A stretch of DNA of 64,000 bases from an uncultured virus (IMG/VR IMGVR_UViG_3300005573_000061) (taxonomy: Duplodnaviria; Heunggongvirae; Uroviricota; Caudoviricetes): IMG/VR virus record IMGVR_UViG_3300005573_000061; one strand, 5' to 3'. Made by a program: the position numbers and the translations under genes. Shown piece after piece: positions 20,304 through 31,200 of the stretch. The notes under the pieces were generated by a model. That model worked only from the letters and a program-made list of their open reading frames with translations, was not told the origin of the DNA and searched no databases. Numbering within the stretch: the first letter of the stretch is position 1; each line of letters begins with the position of its first letter.

Positions 20304-20726
20304 TTATTTATCGTGACCCTTCCAATGCAGGGGTCCTGCCTCGTCTATTTCATCATGATGATGAGTATGTTCAGGACCATGGATATCAGCCGGATCAGTA
20401 GGAGGCTTAAATGTTACACCCTTCTTTTCTGGCTCAATTCCTAGAATATCATTGACTACTTCATAATGCTGCTTGTCGTAATCAAACTCCTCTCTAGTGA
20501 TACGATCACAAATGTTAATCTCAAAGGCATAGGCATCCGACACATTTGTATCATAGACCTTGATCTGTACAATAAGCCCAATATCTTCAAAGCGTTGAAT
20601 AATTTCACGCCGAAAAGATTCTAGATTTACATAAGTCTTTTGTTTACGATTGAGAGCCTCCAATACCTTTTCAATGGGAATAAAATCAGAATCGTAAAGC
20701 TCAATATTGGATGTTACATCATTCAT
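20304..20726 (-). CDS. Hypothetical protein
   Basis: 140 aa, ATGA overlap with upstream gene. Confidence 0.6.
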   Translation of the reverse strand: MNDVTSNIELYDSDFIPIEKVLEALNRKQKTYVNLESFRREIIQRFEDIGLIVQIKVYDTNVSDAYAFEINICDRITREEFDYDKQHYEVVNDILGIEPEKKGVTFKPPTDPADIHGPEHTHHHDEIDEAGPLHWKGHDK

Positions 20727-21046
20727 TGCTTATGAGTTCCCTCTACACCTCGGTCTTCCCGATCCTTGGTGCGATGATCTAACCAGTGCAACGCTTCCTC
20801 AAGCTTGGTAATAGCCAAAGCATTCTCACGACAAACAAACTTAGATGCCTGATAATGCTTAAGGCGACCCACCGCAGCCTTGATTACATCCTCTACGAAT
20901 GCACCATTAGGCTCCCTCCGTACACCATCGATATTCAGTGGACCTTCTTGCCATTTAATATCAATACCAGTACCAGTGGTGGTACCTCCAGCCGGATTTC
21001 CATTCTCGTCTGACATATGATTTTCAGTAATTACTTGACTTGACAT
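20723..21046 (-). CDS. Tad1/Acb2-like anti-defence nucleotide sponge protein
   Basis: IKWQEGP...NGAFVEDVIKAAVGRLKHYQASKFVCRENALAITKLEEALHWLDHRTKDREDRGVEGT follows the Tad1 pattern as I recall it (FQxG...RLxxFQ...RENAxAxTxxEEALxWxxxRxxDRxxRxVxGT); start ATG 21046 coupled to upstream stop. Confidence 0.8.
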   Translation of the reverse strand: MSSQVITENHMSDENGNPAGGTTTGTGIDIKWQEGPLNIDGVRREPNGAFVEDVIKAAVGRLKHYQASKFVCRENALAITKLEEALHWLDHRTKDREDRGVEGTHKQ

Positions 21047-22062
21047 TATACCAACCTCGATGCACAGTGTGAGCAACGAGCCGTATGGTCTGCAACTAAT
21101 GTTCCACCCACTAACTCTAGCTGACGACGGGTACCAGCCTTGGTACCAGGCCGCAGAGCTAGGTTGGTAAAAGCATTGACCAAATCAAACTCGGTTGGCT
21201 CTTCGGACTCAAACAATTCTGGAGCAAGCTCCACAGCATTTAGCTGCACTCTATCAGATAACCCAGCTTCACGAGCAATGCGCAAAACAGACTGCTCCGG
21301 ATGAGTCAACTTATTCTGACGAAGATTATAAAAATCTGTTATATCGTTATCAACCTCAGCGTATAAACGACGGGCAATGATTTCCAAACTATCAATCATT
21401 TCATCAATGGTAGATCCTCGGGCATCCACCTTAGAGCTAATATCTGGGACCTCCATACTATTGGTACAGATTAGACGATACATCAGCTTCGAAACGGAAG
21501 GTGCCAAATTATGCTTAATATCCTGCACAATTCTAAGACCACCATGAGTTAAATCACCAACAGCACGATCGCCTCCTACTCGGGGACCTCCATCAGGAGA
21601 AACAACATCTAAGCGAAATTCTTGAGGGTCGTACCACCACTCAATTACCTTAGCATCTTCACCTAAGACAGATATCGCAATATCAACTAATGACTCAGAC
21701 GCTACCGATTTGCGATTAGCATCTACAATGTCATAAATACCATAATCACCAAAGCGCACCTTAACCTCACCGGGAGTCTGGTGCAAAAGGATATTTATAA
21801 TATCGGCAGCCAATTCCTTGGGGACTCTGCTCAGAAACTTAGTAGGAATTTTGAGTAGATCAGAAAATGCAACCAAGGCGTTTTCACCAGGAATTTCTAC
21901 AATATCACGTTCGGCTCCCGCACGCACATTGACCAACAGCCCAATGTCAGTAGATTGTAAATTCATGTCTAGCGTAGAACAAACAAGAGTATCCCCTGGG
22001 GGGCTAACCCTATCCATAATATCTTCTAAGGTTTCTCCCGGCAGTATACGTGGTCCAAACAT
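21046..22062 (-). CDS. DUF932-like protein
   Basis: YRLICTNSM motif and C-terminal FDLVNAFT. Confidence 0.6.
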   Translation of the reverse strand: MFGPRILPGETLEDIMDRVSPPGDTLVCSTLDMNLQSTDIGLLVNVRAGAERDIVEIPGENALVAFSDLLKIPTKFLSRVPKELAADIINILLHQTPGEVKVRFGDYGIYDIVDANRKSVASESLVDIAISVLGEDAKVIEWWYDPQEFRLDVVSPDGGPRVGGDRAVGDLTHGGLRIVQDIKHNLAPSVSKLMYRLICTNSMEVPDISSKVDARGSTIDEMIDSLEIIARRLYAEVDNDITDFYNLRQNKLTHPEQSVLRIAREAGLSDRVQLNAVELAPELFESEEPTEFDLVNAFTNLALRPGTKAGTRRQLELVGGTLVADHTARCSHCASRLV

Positions 22063-22719
22063 TTAATCTTCCTTGTTAATTGTGGTGGTTAAAATTTCGG
22101 CCTCTATCTCATCATCGGCAGTTGGAGCCGCTGGGAGTGCTTGTGTTACAGGATTCTCATCTGTATCAAGCTCATCCATGAAATTAGACCATTGATCCGA
22201 AGTCATGAATTTTTTAGCCTTCTCTAGCATACCAACAATATGCTCGCTTGTCACTTCCGGACCCTCACTCAAACGCTCTTCCATATCCGATTGCAGTTTG
22301 ATAAAGCTAATTAGATCCTTGGCATCAAACTTGATATCGCCTCTCTGCAACGCCTCAAAAGCTGCCTGTAATCCCACTTGTGTCATAGCAAATGGATCAG
22401 CAATCGAAATAGAGCTATGAGAATCAATATTTTTTTGGGCTGCTCTTTTCTCAAGAATAGCTCGCTTGACTGTGGCTGGGGTGGTCATATGACCAGCCTC
22501 ATAGTGACTTTGGATATTCTTAGCGCTTAGGGGATTTTCAGTATTACGGTCGTCTTTGACAAGCTCGGAAGCAATTACATTCCATCCATACCCGTACAGA
22601 ATCATATTCTCAATAAAAGGACGCTGAGGATGGTTGCAGGTTTTACAATTCCTCTTTACATAAAGAGGGAAATCCTCACCATATACCCTATATTTAATAA
22701 TATGATCGTACTCAGCCAT
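22063..22719 (-). CDS. Hypothetical protein with N-terminal CxxC/HTH-like region (possible small terminase-like)
   Basis: CKTCNHPQR..IE followed by helical HTH-like segment; function speculative. Confidence 0.45.
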   Translation of the reverse strand: MAEYDHIIKYRVYGEDFPLYVKRNCKTCNHPQRPFIENMILYGYGWNVIASELVKDDRNTENPLSAKNIQSHYEAGHMTTPATVKRAILEKRAAQKNIDSHSSISIADPFAMTQVGLQAAFEALQRGDIKFDAKDLISFIKLQSDMEERLSEGPEVTSEHIVGMLEKAKKFMTSDQWSNFMDELDTDENPVTQALPAAPTADDEIEAEILTTTINKED

Positions 22720-23046
22720 TTATCCCTCTGGTTTGTTTCCATACTCTTGCATATGAGTTTGAACTAGATTAAATCCTCTGTTAGATGCCTGTGAAATACC
22801 ATTGCGAGAATTGAGATCAGGTCGATTGGGGTTAATCTTGCGATGAAACATTCCTTGACGAACCGTAGCCTCCGGAAATCCAGATGGATTGAGCGCTAAT
22901 TCACGATTAGCTCTATCCTTTTCCTTCCATGCTGTGAGAAAATCCGATTTATCTGAATACTTAGTGACCCCTTTTATAGACTCTTTAAGTAAACGATTGG
23001 CTTCATCCTCAAGGGGCTTATGTATCCCGAACCTCATTGTACCCAC
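22720..23046 (-). CDS. Hypothetical protein
   Basis: 108 aa, coupled in operon. Confidence 0.6.
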   Translation of the reverse strand: MGTMRFGIHKPLEDEANRLLKESIKGVTKYSDKSDFLTAWKEKDRANRELALNPSGFPEATVRQGMFHRKINPNRPDLNSRNGISQASNRGFNLVQTHMQEYGNKPEG

Positions 23047-23423
23047 TAGCTCACCTTTTCATCCAACTTGATTTTAGGGATTTTACCATCATGCATCTTT
23101 TCAAGAATATTAGCTAACCCTCTGGTCGCATACATCATAACAGGATTTGTGGGGGAAACACCCATCATAACAGCAGCATCCTTCTCTAAAATATTTTTAT
23201 AGAGACAAAGAAAAACGGCTTGTCGCTGTCGCTTAGGAAGGGTGGTCTGACCGTAATCAAAAAGTCTTTTTATATCCCAAAGTGAATATTCAAATCCATC
23301 GTTAGTCAATGTATCTTGACCGGTAGCCTCAAAGAATGATTCAAATTCTTGCAGATGCCTAAATAATTCCCGAAGTATATTTACGCTATACCCAGAGCAA
23401 TCTATTTCTGCGTTAGTATTCAA
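23046..23423 (-). CDS. Sigma-70 region-4-like HTH protein
   Basis: LPKRQRQAVFLCLY...EKDAAVMMGVS...V...RGLANI. Confidence 0.7.
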   Translation of the reverse strand: MNTNAEIDCSGYSVNILRELFRHLQEFESFFEATGQDTLTNDGFEYSLWDIKRLFDYGQTTLPKRQRQAVFLCLYKNILEKDAAVMMGVSPTNPVMMYATRGLANILEKMHDGKIPKIKLDEKVS

Positions 23424-23487
23424 TTTAAACTCGTTTCTATACTACTCATGAGTTAATAATACAGAATCAAGTTTTGATCAAGCAAAT

Positions 23488-24165
23488 TTATGACTTCAAA
23501 CTAGCCCTGAGCAGGTCTTGTAATCTAGTCATGTCTCGAACAAACGCCTCTGCCTTACGTGAAAATGCGGTCATAAAGATTGCAAAATAACGCTCTTCGG
23601 ACGAATCTTTTCTTCCGGCTGCATCTCTATCCCCTTGAGTGCCCGACATAGGAGCATCAAAGCCAATAGCATAACGCTCTTCCCAAGTCCCCTTTGCAAG
23701 CATAGCCTCATGCCATGCATCTTGAGCTTTCTGCTCCCAGCCAAAAAGACGAGTGCCTATAGTAAAGAGAAGATTGTCACGCTGACGATTAGTAAGACGA
23801 GAATAGTCTTCTATATACACGCCAAATTCATTGCGTTTCCAAACAATCTTGTCATCAACTATCTTAATCTCGCCATTTTCATCTATCTCGGGCTCACGAA
23901 CCTCTCTATGAACCCAATTCAAGATATTGAATCCATCCTTAAAAGTTTCCAATAGCAACTCATTCGCCACACGGTGAGCCTTAGAAACAATAGACTGATC
24001 TTCTTGGCGCCAATCCGTTCGCATCCTTTGAAAACCAGGGGTGCGAAATAGTTTACGTTGCTCAATATCAGAATCTAAAAGAACATCTGATGCTTCTCCG
24101 GCTTCTTTAGCAGATTCCTCTGAAGCAGTCTTACCCGAAATTCTGGTCTTTTGTGAATCAACCAT
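23488..24165 (-). CDS. Hypothetical helical protein in recombination operon
   Basis: 225 aa, coupled in operon. Confidence 0.6.
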   Translation of the reverse strand: MVDSQKTRISGKTASEESAKEAGEASDVLLDSDIEQRKLFRTPGFQRMRTDWRQEDQSIVSKAHRVANELLLETFKDGFNILNWVHREVREPEIDENGEIKIVDDKIVWKRNEFGVYIEDYSRLTNRQRDNLLFTIGTRLFGWEQKAQDAWHEAMLAKGTWEERYAIGFDAPMSGTQGDRDAAGRKDSSEERYFAIFMTAFSRKAEAFVRDMTRLQDLLRASLKS

Positions 24166-24760
24166 TATTACTCTCCATAAAGAAAAGTCCTATCGATAGT
24201 GCGTCAGCAATATGTTCATTCCATGGTAAACCATCATTCTTAGGGTTATACCCAAACTTCATCAAAGAATTCCTAACTTCTTTTTTGGGAGCATTTCCAT
24301 TACCGGTCCAACGCTTTGATGCCTTTTGACGAGCGATCATATGGGTCATTATTGATCTAGAGTATTCTAAATTCTGAACCCGTACAGCATTTAAGATCGC
24401 ATTCGCAGCTAATAGCGAAGATTCAGGCCGCATCATCTTAGATCCCACTGGTGGCGTTTCAAAAACTATATCATTGGGACGCTTCTGAATCAGTAAGTCA
24501 CAAACCTCTCCGTTTAATTCAGTGGCTCTCTTCAGAGTCTTCTCGTGCCCACGCAAATCCTCCCGACTTTTTAAAACACCTGTAGCCCACACCCAAGCTC
24601 CAGATTGATCCCCACTAAGGAGTACCCATCCAGTAGATGAAAGAGACTGATCAAAAGCTAGAACAAGCCCCCTATAATTGATATTTGGATAATCTATATT
24701 GAATTTAACTGGCTCATCAAAAACTGGCTCACCATTTAGGATCTCATCAAAGTTGCTCAT
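24158..24760 (-). CDS. ruvC: RuvC-like Holliday junction resolvase
   Basis: LAFDQSLSSTGW, VFE, TGNGNAPKKEV, HIADALSIG; start uncertain (24760 or 24772). Confidence 0.88.
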   Translation of the reverse strand: MSNFDEILNGEPVFDEPVKFNIDYPNINYRGLVLAFDQSLSSTGWVLLSGDQSGAWVWATGVLKSREDLRGHEKTLKRATELNGEVCDLLIQKRPNDIVFETPPVGSKMMRPESSLLAANAILNAVRVQNLEYSRSIMTHMIARQKASKRWTGNGNAPKKEVRNSLMKFGYNPKNDGLPWNEHIADALSIGLFFMESNNG

Positions 24761-25490
24761 TTTCGGCTGCAATTCTATCTCTCACACGCTTATACTTAGC
24801 TGCTATATGGTCGCACCAAGGTTTATCGTGTTCTACCACAATTTCCATCATAGGGAATGGGTATTCAAGAGTTAGAATTAAAAAACGAGCATGACTATAT
24901 TTAGTCATACGCATATACTCCTGTGCCTGAGCGTAATAGCCTGGCACAGTTGAGCGAAGCCAATTGATCTTGGCGTCACTATCAGGAGCACCTTGAGGGC
25001 ATTTATTAGCCTTAAAGGAATTCATGGTTTTCATCTCAAAAACCTCATCCTCTACAATGGGTAAAATATCACTATTTAATACACCATCCAAATAACCTCC
25101 AGTGCCTAATATTTGATCGTCTACTCGGTATTCTGCACGATCATGCTTATATTTTGCCTTAGGAGTCATTTCTCTTAGCCAACCATCATTGAGCCCAAGA
25201 TTCTGAATAAAGGCATGCCAAAAAGATCCTTGGGTAACAGCAAAGATACTATTTAACTCAAGGACTTCCTGAAACTTAGCTGGATCTTTGGCATATTCAT
25301 ATAGCTTTTCTTCATCCCATAAAGGATGAGAGGACGGATGAAAACGTCCACTAGGAGGCCGAGGAGCCATACCTTCTACGGGTATAGTAAATCCCTCAAA
25401 CTTCTGATCAAATAAAGAGGCACGAATTCTAGGAACAAGAATTTCTTCATTCAATACTCCCTTGAGCATTGTGCGGAATTTGCTTGTCAT
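24747..25490 (-). CDS. PD-(D/E)xK exonuclease
   Basis: HPSS, GxxWH, GYLDG, FEMKT and QAQEYM motifs; no Cas4 four-Cys cluster. Confidence 0.75.
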   Translation of the reverse strand: MTSKFRTMLKGVLNEEILVPRIRASLFDQKFEGFTIPVEGMAPRPPSGRFHPSSHPLWDEEKLYEYAKDPAKFQEVLELNSIFAVTQGSFWHAFIQNLGLNDGWLREMTPKAKYKHDRAEYRVDDQILGTGGYLDGVLNSDILPIVEDEVFEMKTMNSFKANKCPQGAPDSDAKINWLRSTVPGYYAQAQEYMRMTKYSHARFLILTLEYPFPMMEIVVEHDKPWCDHIAAKYKRVRDRIAAENEQL

Positions 25491-25809
25491 TACATACCTC
25501 TAACATCTCTAGAAAATCATCTAGACTAATTACGATCACATCTTCCCAATGGGCTAACCGTTCACCGTCATACCATCTTAGCGGAAGAGCGGGTCTTTCT
25601 CCATAAGATTGCTCCTTAGCCTTATGCCACATTTTACGACTAACCGGCAATGAATCACTAAGAGTGGCCTTACAGTCCCAAGCAAATGCAAATGGTAATT
25701 CTCTCCGGTCTGTTCTTCCATCCATTGGCTTATTGGCTTGATTGCCTGAGCCTGGATTTATACGACTGCCCATCAATTCAGCAATATAAGCCTCATGCTT
25801 ATCGCTCAT
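25447..25809 (-). CDS. Small PD-(D/E)xK nuclease or resolvase-like protein
   Basis: HE...PGSGN...DG...DCKAT; start uncertain. Confidence 0.7.
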   Translation of the reverse strand: MSDKHEAYIAELMGSRINPGSGNQANKPMDGRTDRRELPFAFAWDCKATLSDSLPVSRKMWHKAKEQSYGERPALPLRWYDGERLAHWEDVIVISLDDFLEMLEVCNDKQIPHNAQGSIE

Positions 25810-25825
25810 GCGCCGACGAATGTCT

Positions 25826-26050
25826 TTAAGTGTCACTAGTATCAAACTGTTGTCTTAGCTCGGCTTCAATCCAAATTTCAAATTCCTCTACCAACTGAGG
25901 GACCAACTCATTGATCCTTTCATTAATAGTTACACAGAATGGATCTTGAGGATCTTGGATCGCATTAAATGCTGCATACAAAACACCCAAAGCTTCTATT
26001 ACAGCTTGTAAATCAAGCTCTTCTGTAAAATCTTCATTAGTATCAGCCAT
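25826..26050 (-). CDS. Small acidic hypothetical protein
   Basis: 74 aa, overlaps recA stop. Confidence 0.55.
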   Translation of the reverse strand: MADTNEDFTEELDLQAVIEALGVLYAAFNAIQDPQDPFCVTINERINELVPQLVEEFEIWIEAELRQQFDTSDT

Positions 26051-28208
26051 CTATCTCTACCTTTCCTTTGCGAAACTGTCCCTTATCACGAGGAATTTTA
26101 GGCTCGTCTAAAGGTGCCAATATGGCTACCTCAACCTCATCCTCATTTTCACCCAAATCGTTAGTTAATTCATGAGAATGCTGATCAATTAGCATCTGCC
26201 GTAATTCTTCTACATACTCGGGATTGTTATGCAAATAATCTACCACAGGATCACCACCCTGGAATCGTTCACCATTAGGAAGCGTATACCAAGCGCCTCC
26301 TTGAACAATCAAACCCTTAGCCTTACATACCTCAAAAGCCTCGGCTGCTTTATCCACACCTACCGGACCATACTTTGGGGTAGCTACAGAAACCAAAGTG
26401 ATCATTGCCGAACGACCCTTGGGAGCACACTTATTACGCTCCACTGTGGCAGCAATCTCTCGGGCCACCTCAATATCATCACCATCCACCTTTGTTTTAT
26501 AAGGTTGCTTGGCGGTGGTGGCTAGCTTGATTCTCATAGTGGTCTGAAATTTCAAAGCCCATCCCCCAGGACGAGTCGTTGCTGATCCATAACCACCAAT
26601 ATTAGCACGAATCTGATTTATCAAAATAACAGCCGGATTTCCATGCTTAGCCTGAGAGTTAGCAGCACGCACCATCCGAGTAACAATACGAGCAACAATT
26701 GCTACGGTAGAATCCTCAGCATTCTTTTCCATTTCCACCCGGCCAATCATGGCACCGATAGAATCAACCACAAGCATAGAAACGAAGTTTGCCGACAAGA
26801 ATCTAGCCACAGCATCAGCAGTTTCCTCAGCCGTTTCAGGAACATATACCCACAGCCTTGAAAGGTCTACTCCATGCTTTTCTGCCCATGGCTTATCTAG
26901 CTTGTTTTCTACATCTACCCATGCGACTACACGATCTGGATATTTTCTCTGAGCTTCGGATACAGCCATAAGAGCCATAGTTGTATTATGGGTCACCACA
27001 TAATCTTCACCGGCCAAGTATGAATTATCGGGAGAATCAACTTGAATACAGCGCATGGGTATCGAATCTATTTTTTCAATTCGATTTACAAATCTGCGCT
27101 TATATCGTTGAGTGACCGGTACTTCCCATACATCTGCTTTACGAGCCAATCTAAAGGGATTAAAATCTGATTGAAAGCTAAGCCGATATTTGGTCTTGCA
27201 TTCAATTAGCAAACCATTAGAATCTCTGTAACTACCAATACCTTCAGTTATGCGAGAGGGTTTACATCCAAGAGATGATACAAGCTCTCGAACGTTCAAA
27301 ATAAGAGTCTTATCAGAAAGGCAGATTTCCATCCGACTTTTTTGGTTAATACTACCATCTGAGTCCATTAAACCCTGTAGTAGAGCAACACGCTGTTCTA
27401 TTGACCCCTGTAGATAGTCATTAGGGATGTGTTTATAACCTAATACGCCAATTTCTTTCAACATTGGACGCAACAATAAAGGAGTAATCCTATGCGAATT
27501 TTCTTTGTCATAACAATGAGGGGCAGTCCACTTAAATCCAGCTTCTTCTAAAGAATGTTCAAGGTGGGGGCTATCTTCATAGGAGATAGTAATTCCATCA
27601 TTATCGGTGTTACCATCTCCCAACCAGTATCCCAAAATATAGGGATCTATTAATTGAATTTTATCTTCATATTGAACAGCCTCAGTTACAGGAATAGCCC
27701 AATTCATAAGTCTATCCCCATTCTTCTTATTTATAACAGTCTGCTGTTCCATTTCACCAGTAGTAACTACTTGCCATTTATTGCGAGATGATCTTTTACT
27801 CGCAATCCACTGATGATCTACATCAGCATCAATAAATACATCATTACCAAAATGTATGCGTCTGGCCTGAGTATCTGAACGAATAGGTGATACATAAACC
27901 ACATTACAGGGCCGACCAAATCTATCAAAAACTCTATCTCCCTTTTTAAGATTTCCCATTGTCGTCCATCCATCAGGAGTAGGAATAGGAGTATTAATAT
28001 CTAGGCGCTTACCAATATCGTCCTGACCCCAAAGCTCAGTCATTCTCCCTTCAGGGTACCCCCCAATTCCAGTGGCGTCATCCAGACCAATAGAACCGGT
28101 AGAGATTGCATCGGGGGTAACGATCTCTGTGGCATCATGCAAACTCCCAGCGCCAAAATCCTTTAAAAATGATTCCTTGAACTTCTCTATCTGCTTTTCA
28201 CTAACCAT
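26043..28208 (-). CDS. recA: RecA recombinase with intein in Walker A
   Basis: ISTGSIGLD..TGIGGYPEGR, GQDDIGK|TT, VDVE, VVDSIGAM, INQIR, PGGWALKF. Confidence 0.95.
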   Translation of the reverse strand: MVSEKQIEKFKESFLKDFGAGSLHDATEIVTPDAISTGSIGLDDATGIGGYPEGRMTELWGQDDIGKRLDINTPIPTPDGWTTMGNLKKGDRVFDRFGRPCNVVYVSPIRSDTQARRIHFGNDVFIDADVDHQWIASKRSSRNKWQVVTTGEMEQQTVINKKNGDRLMNWAIPVTEAVQYEDKIQLIDPYILGYWLGDGNTDNDGITISYEDSPHLEHSLEEAGFKWTAPHCYDKENSHRITPLLLRPMLKEIGVLGYKHIPNDYLQGSIEQRVALLQGLMDSDGSINQKSRMEICLSDKTLILNVRELVSSLGCKPSRITEGIGSYRDSNGLLIECKTKYRLSFQSDFNPFRLARKADVWEVPVTQRYKRRFVNRIEKIDSIPMRCIQVDSPDNSYLAGEDYVVTHNTTMALMAVSEAQRKYPDRVVAWVDVENKLDKPWAEKHGVDLSRLWVYVPETAEETADAVARFLSANFVSMLVVDSIGAMIGRVEMEKNAEDSTVAIVARIVTRMVRAANSQAKHGNPAVILINQIRANIGGYGSATTRPGGWALKFQTTMRIKLATTAKQPYKTKVDGDDIEVAREIAATVERNKCAPKGRSAMITLVSVATPKYGPVGVDKAAEAFEVCKAKGLIVQGGAWYTLPNGERFQGGDPVVDYLHNNPEYVEELRQMLIDQHSHELTNDLGENEDEVEVAILAPLDEPKIPRDKGQFRKGKVEIDG
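26985..28007 (-). mobile_element. Class 3-type intein (341 aa) starting with Arg, with LAGLIDADG endonuclease
   Basis: RLDINTPIPTPDG start, block B DADVDHQW, LGYWLGDG and LQGLMDSDG, block F MRCIQV, end VVTHN followed by Thr+1. Confidence 0.9.
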
Positions 28209-28210
28209 AT

Positions 28211-31200
28211 CTACTCCAGTGGCATGATAGAACTCACGTTCATCCGTGGCTTATCATCTTTGATTGTTTTGCGAATAATGGTTACATACAACTTGCCAGG
28301 CACAATGGATCGTCCAAATTTCTTCCATGCTTGATTCCACATAGGTAAATCAAGATCACCATCCTGAGCATATAGACCCAACCAGGCATATTGATTCCCA
28401 TTAGAATCTATTCGCTCTGTTACCTTTTTAACCATAGCTGCTACTAGGTGGTCACCAGCAGGTGCATCGTCTAACTCCGAAGCCTTGAGACACATCTGAA
28501 GGTCATTAGGATCCAGTCTATCAAATGGTGTAGAAGAGAGCCAGACACCTAGATATTTCATTTCCATATCTCTAATATCTTCTTCAGTATAAGGATCCTC
28601 TACTGAAAAATCTGGCTTATCGGAGGGTCTGTAATTACGACACGCCTTAGTACACCTCTTGGGCACAGGCTTACGCTTTTTAGGCTTACCTGTCTTCGTT
28701 AGCTCTACTGGCTCATTATTCCAATCATACTTGCACGGCAATCCGTATTCATTGAATTTGGAAACCCAATCTACACATCGACCACATTCCTCAGACTCGT
28801 CATAAGCCAAGCTATCCATCAATGAGCGACGATTCGGTACCAAATCATCAAAAGCTCCTACACCAGCAAGCATAGCAATATGGTTACTATGGCAAGCTGC
28901 TCCCTTGCGCTCCATGAAATCATCAAAAGAGCTATAGGGCTGACCCTGCATAATGGCCTTCGTAGCAGCCCCAGCAATTCCCTTGATCCCCTCAAATCCC
29001 CACATGATGGCATCCCCATGAATCGTGAAGTCAGGACCGGAGAGATTTATATTCGGGGGTAAAAGGGGAATGTCTAAAATTCGACACTCATTTACGAAAT
29101 CCGGGATTCGATCATTATCCACCGTGGACAAAAGTGATGCCATAAACTCCTGAGGATAATGAGTTTTAAACCAAGCGGTCCAGTAGCAAAGTACCGCATA
29201 CCCAAATGCGTGCGCCTTATTGAAGGAATTAGATGTTGCGATACCATTAGCAATCCAAATATGAGGATCGTCCATAACCACAGAATAAACGGGCTCTACT
29301 TCTTTTTCCTCAATGCTTATAATTGTCACTGCTTGAGTTGGATGGCCTTTACCCCATCTTTTTTGACGTTCGTTAAATTGATAATCAAACTTCTTGTGAC
29401 AACTCACACACAACATCTTAAGATTAGACCAGTCGTTATTAATTCTACGGCCATCCAAATGCGCTCGTTCTAAACGATTAATCGAACCATCATGTCCACA
29501 TGATTCACAAAACTCCGGTGCTTGAGCCGTCCACGCCATTAAAGATCCATATCCTCCATCAACATACCCATAATTTTCATCTCCAAAAGCATTATTCACC
29601 GACCCCTCTAAAAGTCTTTGACCTTCTGTAGTTCTATATTCACCAGGACCATATTTATGCATCTCATAACCAGCATCTACTAAAAGACAATCTCCAATAG
29701 CAAGCTCATCCACTCGTCTTAGTCCATTGGGGGTTAAATGCTTATGGTTTGCAGTAGCCGTGATGGTCTTACCATCCGCAAGAGCAATTGTAAAGGTTAA
29801 AGCTGGTTCATGTTTATGAACCATTAAAATTCTAGAAGGTCTAACTCTACTGTCGGCATCAACAGTTAAACCATAAACTCCCCGAAGTGGATTCTGAAAT
29901 TTTTGTCTCCAAACATAACAAGATTGACATGCCCCTCTTTGCCATTTAGGAGAGAAACTGCTACCACAAACTACACACGGTCCTTTGTATTGATCTTCAA
30001 GCTTGACTTTGCCAAATTTTGCTGGCAAAAGGGGAGCATTTATTTTTCTGTAAAGATCCTCCGCAGAAATAGTCCCATCACTGTTTCTGCCAGATGCAGC
30101 TAAATGAACTTTAGTGTCACCAGAAACGCAGTATTTGGCAAACTCTGCCATCTGACTCCAGAGTAGCTGAGCATCCTCTTCCTTCATCTCATTATCAACA
30201 CACGCAGGAATGAACTTATTGCCAGCCTCAATAACCTTTTCAACCTTCTTTTTACCCAGGATCTTACGAACGGCATCAGCCTCTTCGTCATCATATCTAG
30301 CCAGAATCTTGCAGGTATTAATGATATCTTCCTGGTACACGATGCATCCAAAGGTTTCGGATAATGCATCAGCCAACCGATTATCCGGAAGGATAATTTC
30401 TTCTTTACCGAACTTGCGACGAATATAGCTCTCGGTCAGTCCCGAGCGTGTAGGACCAGGACGCACAAGCGTAATGACAGCCGAAAGCTCAGCCATGGTC
30501 ATTGGTTTGATGCGCTTATTAAGCGCCGTTACCGGAGCAGTTTCTACCTGAAATAAACCCATGGTGCGAGATACAGCCAATGTCCTTTTCCATACCTCAG
30601 GATCAAAATACTCATCTTTCCAGTCATAGATATTGATCTTCACACCATGGTTCTCATAGATGCGATCAACACACTCCTGAATAGTGTCCAGAGTACGAAG
30701 AGTGAGGAAGTCAAACTTCAGTAATCCCAATGCCTCTAGCTCAGGAAAGTCGAAGTCCGAAATCAAACGCCCATCATCCCCCACCCGCATAGGGAGTCTA
30801 TTGACCAATGGCTCACCCGTGGAAATCACCAGTCCAGCAGCATGCTTTCCATAAGACTTAAGACGGCCAACCACGCCCTCTACGATTTCAAACAGCCAAG
30901 GGTATTTCTTAACGTAAGGAGCAAAAAGATCCTCGTTTGCTGTATATACCAGATCCCATGACTTACCGAGCCCTGCCGAATCAGCCTCTTCGTCATCAAT
31001 GATCTTACCAATCGCCTTTAGATCCATAGGATCCACGGGACGAGTTGACTTGAATACTCTAACTACATTCTGGAAGGCACCCTTATTTTTAAGGCGAATA
31101 TGGGTGCCCACTCGCACCACCTGGGATTCTCCCCACCGATTTACCACATAATCAGTAAGCTCTTCCCGCATGGAAGCAGGCCAGTCTAAATCGAAATCCG

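Noticed and set aside
24747..25490. Possible Cas4, or a type IV CRISPR link with DinG
   Set aside because: No four-Cys cluster, no cas5/6/7 genes and no repeat-spacer array seen in the window; better explained as a recombination nuclease
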